Positions 1-8,469 of a DNA stretch of 64,000 nucleotides are shown in pieces. The notes under the pieces were generated by a model. It did not search any database and was not told the DNA's origin. It saw only the letters and a list, made by a program, of their open reading frames with translations. The position numbers and the translations under genes are program-made. The stretch is from an uncultured Fibrobacter sp. (GTDB taxonomy: Bacteria; Fibrobacterota; Fibrobacteria; Fibrobacterales; Fibrobacteraceae), in NCBI GenBank assembly GCA_964587155.1, contig CAZPKF010000004.1, positions 63,752 through 127,751 of the forward strand. The letters are read 5' to 3'. Position 1 is the stretch's first letter. Each line of letters begins with the position of its first letter.

Positions 1-1409
1 GGGAAGAACCCGTCCACTACGCGAGCGATTATTACGACAAGCTTTACGAGTTCGCCGAAGAACTCATCCGACTGGGAAAAGCCTACGTTGACGATCTTTC
101 TCCAGAAGAAATGCGCGAATACCGTGGAAACGATGCCGGAAAACCGTCGAAGCCTTCGCCTTACCGGGACCGCAGCATCGAAGAAAACTTGGAGCTTTTC
201 CGCCGGATGAAAGCGGGAGAATTCCCCGACGGAGCAAAAACGCTCCGCGCCAAAATAGACCTTTCGAGCCCAAACATGAACATGCGGGACCCCGCGGTTT
301 ACCGCATCAAACATGCGACGCATCACCGCACCGGCGACAAATGGTGCATTTACCCCATGTATGACTTCGCCCATCCCCTTTCCGATTGGATCGAAGGCAT
401 TACGCATTCCATTTGCACATTGGAATTTGAAGCCCACCGCCCGCTTTACAACTGGGTTCTCGAAGCGTTGAACCTTCCGGAACGCCCACAACAGATTGAA
501 TTTGCGCGGCTGAACCTTTCTTACACCGTGATGAGCAAGCGCAAGCTGTTGGAACTGGTGAAAAGCGGACGCGTCATGGGCTGGGACGACCCCCGGATGC
601 CCACCGTTTGTGGGCTACGCCGCCGAGGATACACTTCGGCCTCCATCCGGGAATTTTGCGACCGCATCGGCATTTCCAAAGCCGACAGTATGGTGGATAT
701 CAATCTTCTGTACTTCTGCATCCGCGAAGAGCTGAACAAAACGGCCCGCCGCGCCATGGCGGTCCTCGATCCGGTCAAAGTCGTCATCGACAACTGGGAA
801 GACGGCAAAGTCGAAGAACTTTCCGTTGAAAACAATCCCGAAGATCCGAATGCGGGTTCAAGGACAGTCCCTTTCGGCAAGGAAATTTTCATCGAACGCG
901 ACGACTTCATGGAAAATCCGCCGAAAAAATACTTCCGCCTGAAACCAGATGGAGAAGTCCGCTTAAAGGGCGCTTATTTCATCAAATGCGTCCGCGTTGA
1001 AAAAGACGCAAACGGCAACGTGACCGAAATCCATTGCACATACGATCCCGCCACGCGCGGCGGCGACTCCCCCGATGGACGGAAAGTTAAAGGCACCATC
1101 CACTGGGTTTATGCGCCGACAGCCATCGATGCGGAAGTCCGCCTGTTCGACAACCTCTTCACCTTGGAAAATACAGGTGATGTGCCCGATGGAGAAGATC
1201 CTCTGAACTATCTGAATCCGGATTCACTGGTAGTGAAAAAGGCGAAACTCGAACCGATGCTCGAAAACGCCCAAATCGAAGATCGTTTCCAGTTCATGCG
1301 GCAAGGCTATTTTTGCCTGGATTCCCGCGATTCTGCGCCAGGGCATCTGGTTTTCAACCGGACTGTCGGGCTCAAAGATTCCTGGGGGAAAGCGCAAGCG
1401 AAACAGTAA
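1..1409 (+). CDS. glnS: Glutaminyl-tRNA synthetase, 5'-truncated by the window edge
   Basis: The frame is open from position 3. The translation [42 protein letters not shown] continues into ORF 111..1409. It matches the class I GlnRS catalytic core and C-terminal anticodon-binding region as I recall E. coli GlnRS. Confidence 0.93.
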   Translation, partial: EEPVHYASDYYDKLYEFAEELIRLGKAYVDDLSPEEMREYRGNDAGKPSKPSPYRDRSIEENLELFRRMKAGEFPDGAKTLRAKIDLSSPNMNMRDPAVYRIKHATHHRTGDKWCIYPMYDFAHPLSDWIEGITHSICTLEFEAHRPLYNWVLEALNLPERPQQIEFARLNLSYTVMSKRKLLELVKSGRVMGWDDPRMPTVCGLRRRGYTSASIREFCDRIGISKADSMVDINLLYFCIREELNKTARRAMAVLDPVKVVIDNWEDGKVEELSVENNPEDPNAGSRTVPFGKEIFIERDDFMENPPKKYFRLKPDGEVRLKGAYFIKCVRVEKDANGNVTEIHCTYDPATRGGDSPDGRKVKGTIHWVYAPTAIDAEVRLFDNLFTLENTGDVPDGEDPLNYLNPDSLVVKKAKLEPMLENAQIEDRFQFMRQGYFCLDSRDSAPGHLVFNRTVGLKDSWGKAQAKQ

Positions 1410-1501
1410 CCGGTTGGTTACAACTGTAAACGAATTTTCGTTTCAACAGGTTTTTCCTCTAAATTTCATTTCTTAAATTAGAGAACACAACACTCCCCCT
1501 T

Positions 1502-1542
1502 AACTCCTCTCAAGGTTCTCCTTTCCTTGGGAGGAGTTTTTT
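1502..1542 (+). terminator. Rho-independent terminator after glnS
   Basis: 14-bp stem (AACTCCTCTCAAGG / CCTTGGGAGGAGTT, one G-U pair), 9-nt loop, then TTTTTT. Confidence 0.8.
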
Positions 1543-1585
1543 ATTGAAGCCTCCGACATTGCAAACATCCATTCGGCTTCTAGCG

Positions 1586-2929
1586 TTACCATTTTAAATG
1601 GAAATGCATTCCCAAACGCCAAAGGCGCATTCGGCGCAATCTGTCCGCGCGCAATTCCACAGAAGTCTTTCCACTCATGCGTTCCGCAAAATCCATTTGC
1701 GTTTCCCAACGGATGATCAGCGGTTTCGTTTCCGGTCCACGAACGATGAAAAGCCATTTGGAAAGCACGCTTTCTTCCATCCGAACAGCGATTCCGGGCC
1801 GAATTTCATAAAGGCTTTGTGAAAAAGGGATTTCCGGCGTAACCTTCCATTCCGCAAAAAGGCTTTCCGCTGCGAACAAACGCAGACCACCCCGGAGAAT
1901 CCACGTCACCGCAGCCGAATCCCCAACCGCTGTCGTCCGGAAACCAAGAGAAAGTGTTGCGGACGATTTCCTTTCTGCATAAATTTCCGAAAAGCTCCGG
2001 GTTTTCCCCGAATCCACCGGAATCGAAAGCCTCGCATTCCATCGGAAATTCCACTGCGACACGAGCATTTGCACCTGCGCATCGGCAAAAGCTCTGGATT
2101 TTTCAACGCGACGCGGCAAACGAAAAAGGCCCGGAACGGAATCGTTTCGATGAAAATACGCCCGGAAGCGAGCGCGGAGAGGCTCATTGCGGCCACTTTT
2201 CCCCGAAACAAACCACAACGGCGTTTCCCAGTTTCTGGAATACAACACCTGCAAGTCGACATTTGGCAAGCTTATCTTCCCAAACGCCTCCCGAAAGCCG
2301 TCAAATGAAAAGTTTCCCATTCCCGCCAATTCGAACGCATCTTTGGCGCGCCAAAAAGCGTGCACTCCCGCAGTCGAATCCGTCAACAGCAACGCTCCCA
2401 CGCAAACTTTCCGGAATGCGGCACTCGAAACGCCGCCCCTTCTTTTTTGCAGCGGAATGGCACTGCCCACGTCGGACGCCAAAATGTCCCCCGCCGCAGC
2501 CAAAAGGTTTTTTCCCCGGTATGCGATACGCGCGCGTTCTACGGTTGGCGTTTCGCGGTATTCCGATCGGACGCCCCATTCTCCAGAAAATCGCCACAAC
2601 TTCATTTGCAAAAAAAGCTGTTCATTGCGGACGCCCCCTACTGAATCCAACGACACCGCATATTTCGCATTCCCCTTGAATTTCAAGTCCGAAATTCGCT
2701 CCGATAAACTTTTTTGACAAGGATCTCCGCCCAAAGCTTCCCATTCCGCACAAGCTGCACGGACATTGCCCGTTTCGATGAACGTCAGCAAATCTTCCAA
2801 TTCTTCATATCCGATTTTCCCATCGTCATAAGCCCAAAAGGCATCTTCGAAAGAAACGGATTCCCTCCCGGCAGACCAAATCCAACCAAAACATCCGAGG
2901 AGAACCATTAAAAATCTTCGTTTGTACAC
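1586..2929 (-). CDS. Hypothetical secreted protein, possible outer-membrane beta-barrel
   Basis: 447-aa ORF with N-terminal signal-like segment MYKRRFLMVLLGCFGWIWSAG. The C-terminal half has alternating-polarity stretches and the protein ends ...HFHLKW (terminal aromatic). I recognise no family. Confidence 0.5.
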   Translation of the reverse strand: MYKRRFLMVLLGCFGWIWSAGRESVSFEDAFWAYDDGKIGYEELEDLLTFIETGNVRAACAEWEALGGDPCQKSLSERISDLKFKGNAKYAVSLDSVGGVRNEQLFLQMKLWRFSGEWGVRSEYRETPTVERARIAYRGKNLLAAAGDILASDVGSAIPLQKRRGGVSSAAFRKVCVGALLLTDSTAGVHAFWRAKDAFELAGMGNFSFDGFREAFGKISLPNVDLQVLYSRNWETPLWFVSGKSGRNEPLRARFRAYFHRNDSVPGLFRLPRRVEKSRAFADAQVQMLVSQWNFRWNARLSIPVDSGKTRSFSEIYAERKSSATLSLGFRTTAVGDSAAVTWILRGGLRLFAAESLFAEWKVTPEIPFSQSLYEIRPGIAVRMEESVLSKWLFIVRGPETKPLIIRWETQMDFAERMSGKTSVELRADRLRRMRLWRLGMHFHLKW

Positions 2930-3053
2930 AACGCTTCGACTCCATTTTTAAGGATTAACGCTTGAAAATGAAAATCGGATATGCATCTTTCCAAAAATCG
3001 AATCGCTTTTGTTCTTTCCGCAACGATTTTCCTTCAAAAGTTTTTCACTTTTC

Positions 3054-3061
3054 TACCTTTG
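3054..3061 (+). promoter_or_regulatory. Candidate FCB-type -7 promoter box (TACCTTTG) for rsmG
   Basis: Exact match to TAnnTTTG, ending 4 nt before the ATG at 3066. Confidence 0.35.
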
Positions 3062-3065
3062 CTGT

Positions 3066-3770
3066 ATGCCGAAAAATTTTTTTCGAAAACCGCCTGTCCG
3101 CAACTTTCCCCTCTTTGACGGAAAAAGGGCAAAGCCTTCGCCCGCAGGGCTCAAACAGCTTCTTGAATATCACGGAGTCTGCCTGCAAAAAGAAACCCTT
3201 GAACAGTTGTGGGCTTATCATCAGCTGTTGCGGGAACACAACAAAGACCAAGACCTTACACGACTGAACGCTTTCGAAACAATTGTAGAGCGCCATTATG
3301 CCGATTGCATTCTCATCAACGCCTATGTTCCCCAATGGCCCAAGCGAATGATCGATGTCGGCAGCGGAGCGGGATTTCCCGGCATTCCACTGAAACTGGT
3401 CAATCCGGAAATTCGGCTGACCCTTTGTGAACCCCGTCCGAACCGCATTGAATTTTTGAACCTAGTCATTCGAGAACTCGGACTCAAAGGCATTGACGTT
3501 TTCGGGCACAAAGTGACTAGCCGCAGTTTAGAATTTCCCGTCCAAGGAGTCATCAGTCGGGCTTTTGAAAAAATCGAACTGACTTTGCCCCGCATTGAAA
3601 AGGCCCTCGTTCCCGGCGGAAAAGCCTACTTTATGAAAGGTCCCGCCGTCAAAGAAGAACTGTCGAGCCTTCACCCGGAAGATTTCGGGTTCGCCCTCGC
3701 CGAGAAGCACTTTTACCGGATTCCGCACAGTACGCAGGACCGGGCCGTCATCGTGTTAGAAAAGCTTTGA
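3066..3770 (+). CDS. rsmG: 16S rRNA (guanine527-N7)-methyltransferase RsmG/GidB
   Basis: SAM-binding motif IDVGSGAGFPGIPLK and RsmG-like context LNAFETIVERHYADCI. The ORF is open from 3009; the ATG at 3066 (MPKNFF...) is taken as the start. Confidence 0.85.
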   Translation: MPKNFFRKPPVRNFPLFDGKRAKPSPAGLKQLLEYHGVCLQKETLEQLWAYHQLLREHNKDQDLTRLNAFETIVERHYADCILINAYVPQWPKRMIDVGSGAGFPGIPLKLVNPEIRLTLCEPRPNRIEFLNLVIRELGLKGIDVFGHKVTSRSLEFPVQGVISRAFEKIELTLPRIEKALVPGGKAYFMKGPAVKEELSSLHPEDFGFALAEKHFYRIPHSTQDRAVIVLEKL

Positions 3771-3781
3771 CCGCAGCGGAT

Positions 3782-4852
3782 TCACTTTTTGCCGCCAAAC
3801 CAAGAATTGATATCCTGCCCCTCTGCCATCTGAAAACTTTTCACTTGAATGCCATCGCCTAGCCGCGAGGCTTCCACACCGTTCTGTTTCAAAATGTCTT
3901 CGATGATTTTAGATCCGGCGCGGCCCGCTTCGTCTTGATCCAAGCAGACTATAACGCGCTTGTTGCGGAATAGGCTTCCCCATTCCGGTTTGAACGACTT
4001 GACTCCGGGAATGCCCACGGCAGGAAATCCGCGGCCTATCATGGTCAGCGTATCGATGCAACCTTCACACAGATAAATCCACCCCACGTTTCCGTCCAAC
4101 AGAGAAACGTTGTAAGGAAACGGAACAGCTCCACGCAAGTTCAATTCTTTCGGCTGCGTTTCCGCATCGGTCGCCCGCGCCTGAAAATACCGCGGAATTC
4201 CTTTGCTATCGAGATACGGAAAGAGAAGCCTGTGCTTGTAATACTTCAAATTGCCTTTTTCGTTAAAGAGGCCCGCCTTTTGTAAATCTTCAAGCCCAAA
4301 CTTTTGCCGTAACCCGGCGTTCACCCGGTCGTAATCGACAATGGTGCGCAGCCGCATGGCATTCCACGTTTGTTTGAAAATCCGCCGTTTGACAAGCCAC
4401 GAGGCCGCCGGAGAACCTTCTACGGGCGAAAGCATTCCAAAAAAAGTGGCGATGATTTTTACTCGAAGATACGGATCCATTTCCACTTCTGGTATGCGGC
4501 GCACCGGCATTCGAAATGCCTCCCCACCGGGAGAATGTCCGCACAAAGGAGCCCCAGCGCTCCCGCCAAATTCATTTTTCAACCACTCCAGAGCTTCTTT
4601 AAATTCCAAATTCTTTGAAATTTCAACCAGGCGGATAACATCCCCCCGGACATCCGGGCAAACCCAGCAATTAAAAAGTCCCCTGGATTCCGAAAGGGAA
4701 ACGCTTGGGGTCCTGTCGAAATGGGCGTGCCGCAGCGCATAAGGACAACGAATTTTTCCGTGCACCACTTTGTGACCCAAATGTTCCGCCACTTGAGTTA
4801 TCGAAAGAGACGCTTTCAACGCTTCGATTTCTGTACGGTCTGCCGATTTCAT
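3782..4852 (-). CDS. Short DnaG-like primase (CHC2 zinc finger, primase core and Toprim) without a DnaB-binding C-terminal domain
   Basis: CHC2-like finger CPYALRHAHFDRTPS...NCWVC...GDVIRLV. Primase-core-like segment LFPYLDSKGIPRYFQARA...PKELNLRG. Toprim motifs IYLCEGCIDTL and CLDQDEAGRAG. Only 356 aa. Confidence 0.75.
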   Translation of the reverse strand: MKSADRTEIEALKASLSITQVAEHLGHKVVHGKIRCPYALRHAHFDRTPSVSLSESRGLFNCWVCPDVRGDVIRLVEISKNLEFKEALEWLKNEFGGSAGAPLCGHSPGGEAFRMPVRRIPEVEMDPYLRVKIIATFFGMLSPVEGSPAASWLVKRRIFKQTWNAMRLRTIVDYDRVNAGLRQKFGLEDLQKAGLFNEKGNLKYYKHRLLFPYLDSKGIPRYFQARATDAETQPKELNLRGAVPFPYNVSLLDGNVGWIYLCEGCIDTLTMIGRGFPAVGIPGVKSFKPEWGSLFRNKRVIVCLDQDEAGRAGSKIIEDILKQNGVEASRLGDGIQVKSFQMAEGQDINSWFGGKK

Positions 4853-4889
4853 ATTTTACAGTTTTTCCCAATATACATCCTTTTCTGGA

Positions 4890-4927
4890 AAAACAAAACG
4901 ACAAAAGCCCGGCCAAAGCCGGGCTTT
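4890..4927 (-). terminator. Rho-independent terminator after ilvC
   Basis: Perfect 10-bp stem AAAGCCCGGC / GCCGGGCTTT with a 4-nt loop, followed on the minus strand by TTTTGTCGTTTTGTTTTT. Confidence 0.75.
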
Positions 4928-4943
4928 CTTCACAACAGACGCA

Positions 4944-6428
4944 TTACTTGGTGGCGACTGCGAGTTCCGTCATGCCGGTCATCCGGGCGCGGAGCCACGC
5001 ACCGATGATTTCCGTCGGATGCTGACGAATCGCCTTGTTCACTTCGATGAGCTTGACGTTGTCTACGCCGTTGTCCTTGCCTGCACCGTAAACTTCGCCC
5101 AGATCTTCCTTCGTGACTTTCTGCATAAAGTCCTTGAGCAAAGGAACGCAACTGTTCGCGAACAGGTAGCAGCCGTATTCAGCCGTGTCGCTGATCACGC
5201 GGTTCATTTCGTACAACTTCTTGCGGGCGATCAGGTTTGCAATCAGCGGGACTTCGTGCAAAGTCTCGTAATAGGCGCTCATCGGCTTCATGCCCGAAGC
5301 GGTCATCGTTTCGAACGCAAGTTCGGAACCGGCCTTGAGCATCGCAACCATGAGAACGCCACGGTCAAAGTATTCCTGTTCAGAAATCTTCGCATCAGAC
5401 GCTTCGGTCTGTTCGAAAGCAGTCTTGCCCGTTTCTTCACGCCACGTGAGAAGGTCCTTGTCGCCGTTTTCCCAGTCTTTCATCATCGTCGAAGAGAATT
5501 CTCCCGAAATGATGTCATCCTGGTGCTTGCGGTAAAGGTCGGTCATGATTTTCTTCAATTCCACGGAAAGTTCGTAAGCGCGAATCTTCGCCGGATTGGA
5601 AAGACGATCCATCATGTTCGTGATGCCGCCCTGCTTGAGCGCTTCGGAAATGGTTTCCCATCCGTATTGGAGAAGCTTCACGGCATAGTGCGGATCCACT
5701 CCGTTCTTGACCATGTGTTCATAACCGAGGATGGTTCCCGTTTGGAGCATACCGCAAAGGATTGTCTGTTCGCCCATCAAGTCGGACTTGACTTCGGCGA
5801 TGAAAGAGCTTTCGAGCACGCCGGCGCGGTCCGCATGGAGGCCAGCCGCATAAGCCTTGGCATAGTCCCAGCCCTTGCCTTCCGGATCATGATCCGCCTG
5901 AACGGCGATAAGGCAAGGCATACCGAATCCACGGACGTATTCCGCACGGACTTCGGATCCCGGGCCCTTCGGAGCGCACATGATGACCGTGATGTCGTCG
6001 CGGATCTGTTCGCCTTCTTCAATGATGTTGAAACCGTGGCTGTAAGAAAGGACTGCGCCCTTCTTCATGAGGGGCATGATTTGCGGAATCACCACGTGAT
6101 GCTGCTTATCCGGTGTGAGATTGATGACCAAGTCCGCGCTCGGGATGAGTTCCTTGTAGGTACCGACCTTGAACCCGTTTTCCGTTGCGTTCTTGTAAGA
6201 GGCGCGCTTTTCCTGAATAGCGGATTCGCGGAGCGCATAAGAGACGTCTAAGCCACTGTCGCGCAAATCGAGACCTTGATGCAGTCCCTGTGCGCCGCAA
6301 CCGACGATGACGATTTTCTTGCCCTGGAGGGCTTCCGTCCCATGGGAAAATTCGGAAGCTTCCATAAAGCGGCAATGACCCAATTCCTCAATCTTTCTGC
6401 GGAGAGGAAGCGTATTGAAGTAGTTCAT
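4944..6428 (-). CDS. ilvC: Ketol-acid reductoisomerase, long (class II, E. coli-like) form
   Basis: 494 aa. N-terminus [16 protein letters not shown]...[33 protein letters not shown] is typical of long-form IlvC. Confidence 0.95.
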   Translation of the reverse strand: MNYFNTLPLRRKIEELGHCRFMEASEFSHGTEALQGKKIVIVGCGAQGLHQGLDLRDSGLDVSYALRESAIQEKRASYKNATENGFKVGTYKELIPSADLVINLTPDKQHHVVIPQIMPLMKKGAVLSYSHGFNIIEEGEQIRDDITVIMCAPKGPGSEVRAEYVRGFGMPCLIAVQADHDPEGKGWDYAKAYAAGLHADRAGVLESSFIAEVKSDLMGEQTILCGMLQTGTILGYEHMVKNGVDPHYAVKLLQYGWETISEALKQGGITNMMDRLSNPAKIRAYELSVELKKIMTDLYRKHQDDIISGEFSSTMMKDWENGDKDLLTWREETGKTAFEQTEASDAKISEQEYFDRGVLMVAMLKAGSELAFETMTASGMKPMSAYYETLHEVPLIANLIARKKLYEMNRVISDTAEYGCYLFANSCVPLLKDFMQKVTKEDLGEVYGAGKDNGVDNVKLIEVNKAIRQHPTEIIGAWLRARMTGMTELAVATK

Positions 6429-6795
6429 CTTTTACCTCGAATGGTGAATTGATTCGGGCATAATGTAGAAAATTTACGCAGAGCCACGGGGCGTTTACCC
6501 ATTTTGAAGCGCTTTATTCCTTTTTGAAAAAGCAAGAGACTTCTTGTAGACGTCGCCCGACCGTATTTTTGCTTTTAACAATCAGAACCGTTTTTTTCGA
6601 TGATGCGAAACTCCCATTTTGGCGACCAAAAGAATTTGTTTGAAAAAAAAATCCGCCAAAATATCGAGATTTCAAGTAGAGAACGAGAGAATATTCGATG
6701 CCCAATACAAATCACTCCTCGAAAAAAACAGACTTTTTCTCCGCCTTTTCCCGGATTTGCCTATTTTAAAGAAAAACTTCTCCCGGTAGGATTTG

Positions 6796-7794
6796 ATGAA
6801 ATTTGGCATTTTAGGTTGTGGACATATCGCAAGCAAAATGGCTTTTGCGGTAAAAACATTAGAAAAGCAGGGCTACGGAATCGAAGCCTTCGCTGTCGCG
6901 TCAAGGACTTTGGACAAAGCAGAAAAGTTTGCGGCGGATTACGGTTTTGCAAAAGCTTACGGCAGCTACGAGGAACTCGCCGCCGATCGAAACGTCGATT
7001 TGATTTACATTGCGACTCCTCATTCCGAACACGCCGCCAATTCTTTACTTTGTCTAGAACATTCCAAACACTTGCTTGTCGAAAAAGCGTTTACCGAAAA
7101 CGAAAAAGAAGCGCACCAAGTCATCGCAAAAGCCAAAGAAAAAGGGACATTCCTTTGCGAAGCGATGTGGACCCGTTTTTTACCCGCCGTCCAAACGATC
7201 AAAGAAAAAATTCTATCGGGAAAAATGGGAGAAGTCAAATGCATCGAAGCGGATTTTTCCATGCCCCTTTCCCATATTGAGCGTTTGCGAAATCCGGAAC
7301 TCGCTGGCGGAGCGCTTTTGGATTTAGGCGTTTACAGCTTGACCTTTGCCGATATTTTTCTTTCCGACCCTCAAATCGGAGGTCCAGGCAATCGCATTGC
7401 AAAAATGGAAACGAAAAGCATTCCGTTTTACACAGGAGTCGACGCAACCGATTGGATCAATTTTATTTACAGCAACGGCCAAATGGCGAATCTAAAAACA
7501 TCCATGGTGTCGCCACTTCACAACGAAGGCTTTATTTACGGAACAAAAGGATTCATCCGCGTTCAAAATTTGAACAACATGGTCGAAATCCAATTGTTCG
7601 ATTGTGAAGGGAATTTGACGGAAAAGATTACGCCGCGAGAAATTGCGAATTTTTATGAGTACGAAGTTCTCGCTTGCAAAGGGGCGATTGAAAAGGGACT
7701 TAAGGAATGCGAAGAAATGCCTTGGGAAAAAACGCTTGAAATAATGCGCATTCTCGATGACCTTCAAAAAACTTGGCACACTGGAAACGGGTAA
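6796..7794 (+). CDS. Gfo/Idh/MocA-family NAD(P)-dependent oxidoreductase
   Basis: N-terminal Rossmann motif MKFGILGCGHIASK and the EKA motif region LLVEKAFT. The ORF track starts at a TTG at 6793; the ATG at 6796 is preferred. Confidence 0.85.
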   Translation: MKFGILGCGHIASKMAFAVKTLEKQGYGIEAFAVASRTLDKAEKFAADYGFAKAYGSYEELAADRNVDLIYIATPHSEHAANSLLCLEHSKHLLVEKAFTENEKEAHQVIAKAKEKGTFLCEAMWTRFLPAVQTIKEKILSGKMGEVKCIEADFSMPLSHIERLRNPELAGGALLDLGVYSLTFADIFLSDPQIGGPGNRIAKMETKSIPFYTGVDATDWINFIYSNGQMANLKTSMVSPLHNEGFIYGTKGFIRVQNLNNMVEIQLFDCEGNLTEKITPREIANFYEYEVLACKGAIEKGLKECEEMPWEKTLEIMRILDDLQKTWHTGNG

Positions 7795-7798
7795 CATC

Positions 7799-7820
7799 CC
7801 GTTTTTCACAAAAACGGTTT
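7799..7820 (+). terminator. Weak AT-rich hairpin after the oxidoreductase gene
   Basis: CCGTTTTT cac AAAAACGG followed by TTT. The stem is short and AT-rich, so support is low. Confidence 0.3.
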
Positions 7821-8075
7821 GCCCTCCGTTTTGATTACACGGTTGTCTTTGAATTTTGAAGTTAATTTGTATTCTTTTTAAGATCTAAGTTCCAAGTTTA
7901 AACTCGGTTCTGCTTTGACATTTTAGAGATTCAAAGAGCCGGTAGAATCCATATCAACAATTAAAACTTTTTTTCTTAGATATTTCACCTTTCAATGGGG
8001 ATCCCATTCAAAAAGCTTTTTCTGAAAAACGCTAAAATCCGGTTTTCGAAAACGGTATGAATCCAAAACGGAACG

Positions 8076-8235
8076 GTCGTCATGTTGAACGAGGCTGTGT
8101 CATGTTGAGTAATTCGACTGCCGAACGGGAAAGATCGAAGAACCTCTTTACTGTTCCTGAATTCTTCGGCTACACTTTAGAATGACGATGTGCCACTCAA
8201 AATAGCTGTCGTAAAAGAGCGTCGTCCTGCTGAAC
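8076..8235. repeat. Cluster of short GTCGTCATGTTGAAC-like motifs with a nested inverted repeat
   Basis: Direct copies at 8076-8090 (GTCGTCATGTTGAAC), 8097-8110 (GTGTCATGTTGAGT) and 8221-8235 (GTCGTCCTGCTGAAC). Inverted partial copy at 8176-8190 (reverse complement CATCGTCATTCTAAA). Inner inverted repeat CGAAGAA 8136-8142 / TTCTTCG 8162-8168. Confidence 0.3.
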
Positions 8236-8469
8236 AATGCAAAACAACACTCGCAATAAAGCCTAGTCTGAATTGTCGGTTGCAGCTTTCGAGGCCGGCG
8301 AATTCACTCGAACTTTACCCAGTTCCCCGCCGACCTTCACGACAGCCGGAAATTTTATAAGCCCCTATGCGCCACCGCTGCCACCCGGTCCGAAAGCCTG
8401 CCGCGGGCAAAATGGCAACAGCCCTTGTCGCAATTCACCATCCTCGATCCTTTTCTCTACTCCAAGCGC

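Noticed and set aside
3782-4852. Possibility that the short primase marks an integrated mobile element or defence island.
   Set aside because: There is no integrase, transposase, tRNA-adjacent attachment site, flanking direct repeats or other cargo. The neighbours are housekeeping genes with their own terminators. It is kept only as an orphan-gene observation.
6429-6792. Search for an Ile/Val/Leu-rich leader peptide or attenuator upstream of ilvC, including the 63-aa ORF at 6514-6705.
   Set aside because: No short ORF with a run of branched-chain codons was found. The only hairpin near a T-run (CAAGA agtc TCTTG at about 6530-6543) has just 5 bp. This is not convincing.
6600-7280. 226-aa K/R-rich plus-strand ORF overlapping the oxidoreductase gene in another frame.
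   Set aside because: The composition is typical of an out-of-frame reading of an A-rich gene. The 6796-7794 frame carries the Gfo/Idh/MocA motifs.
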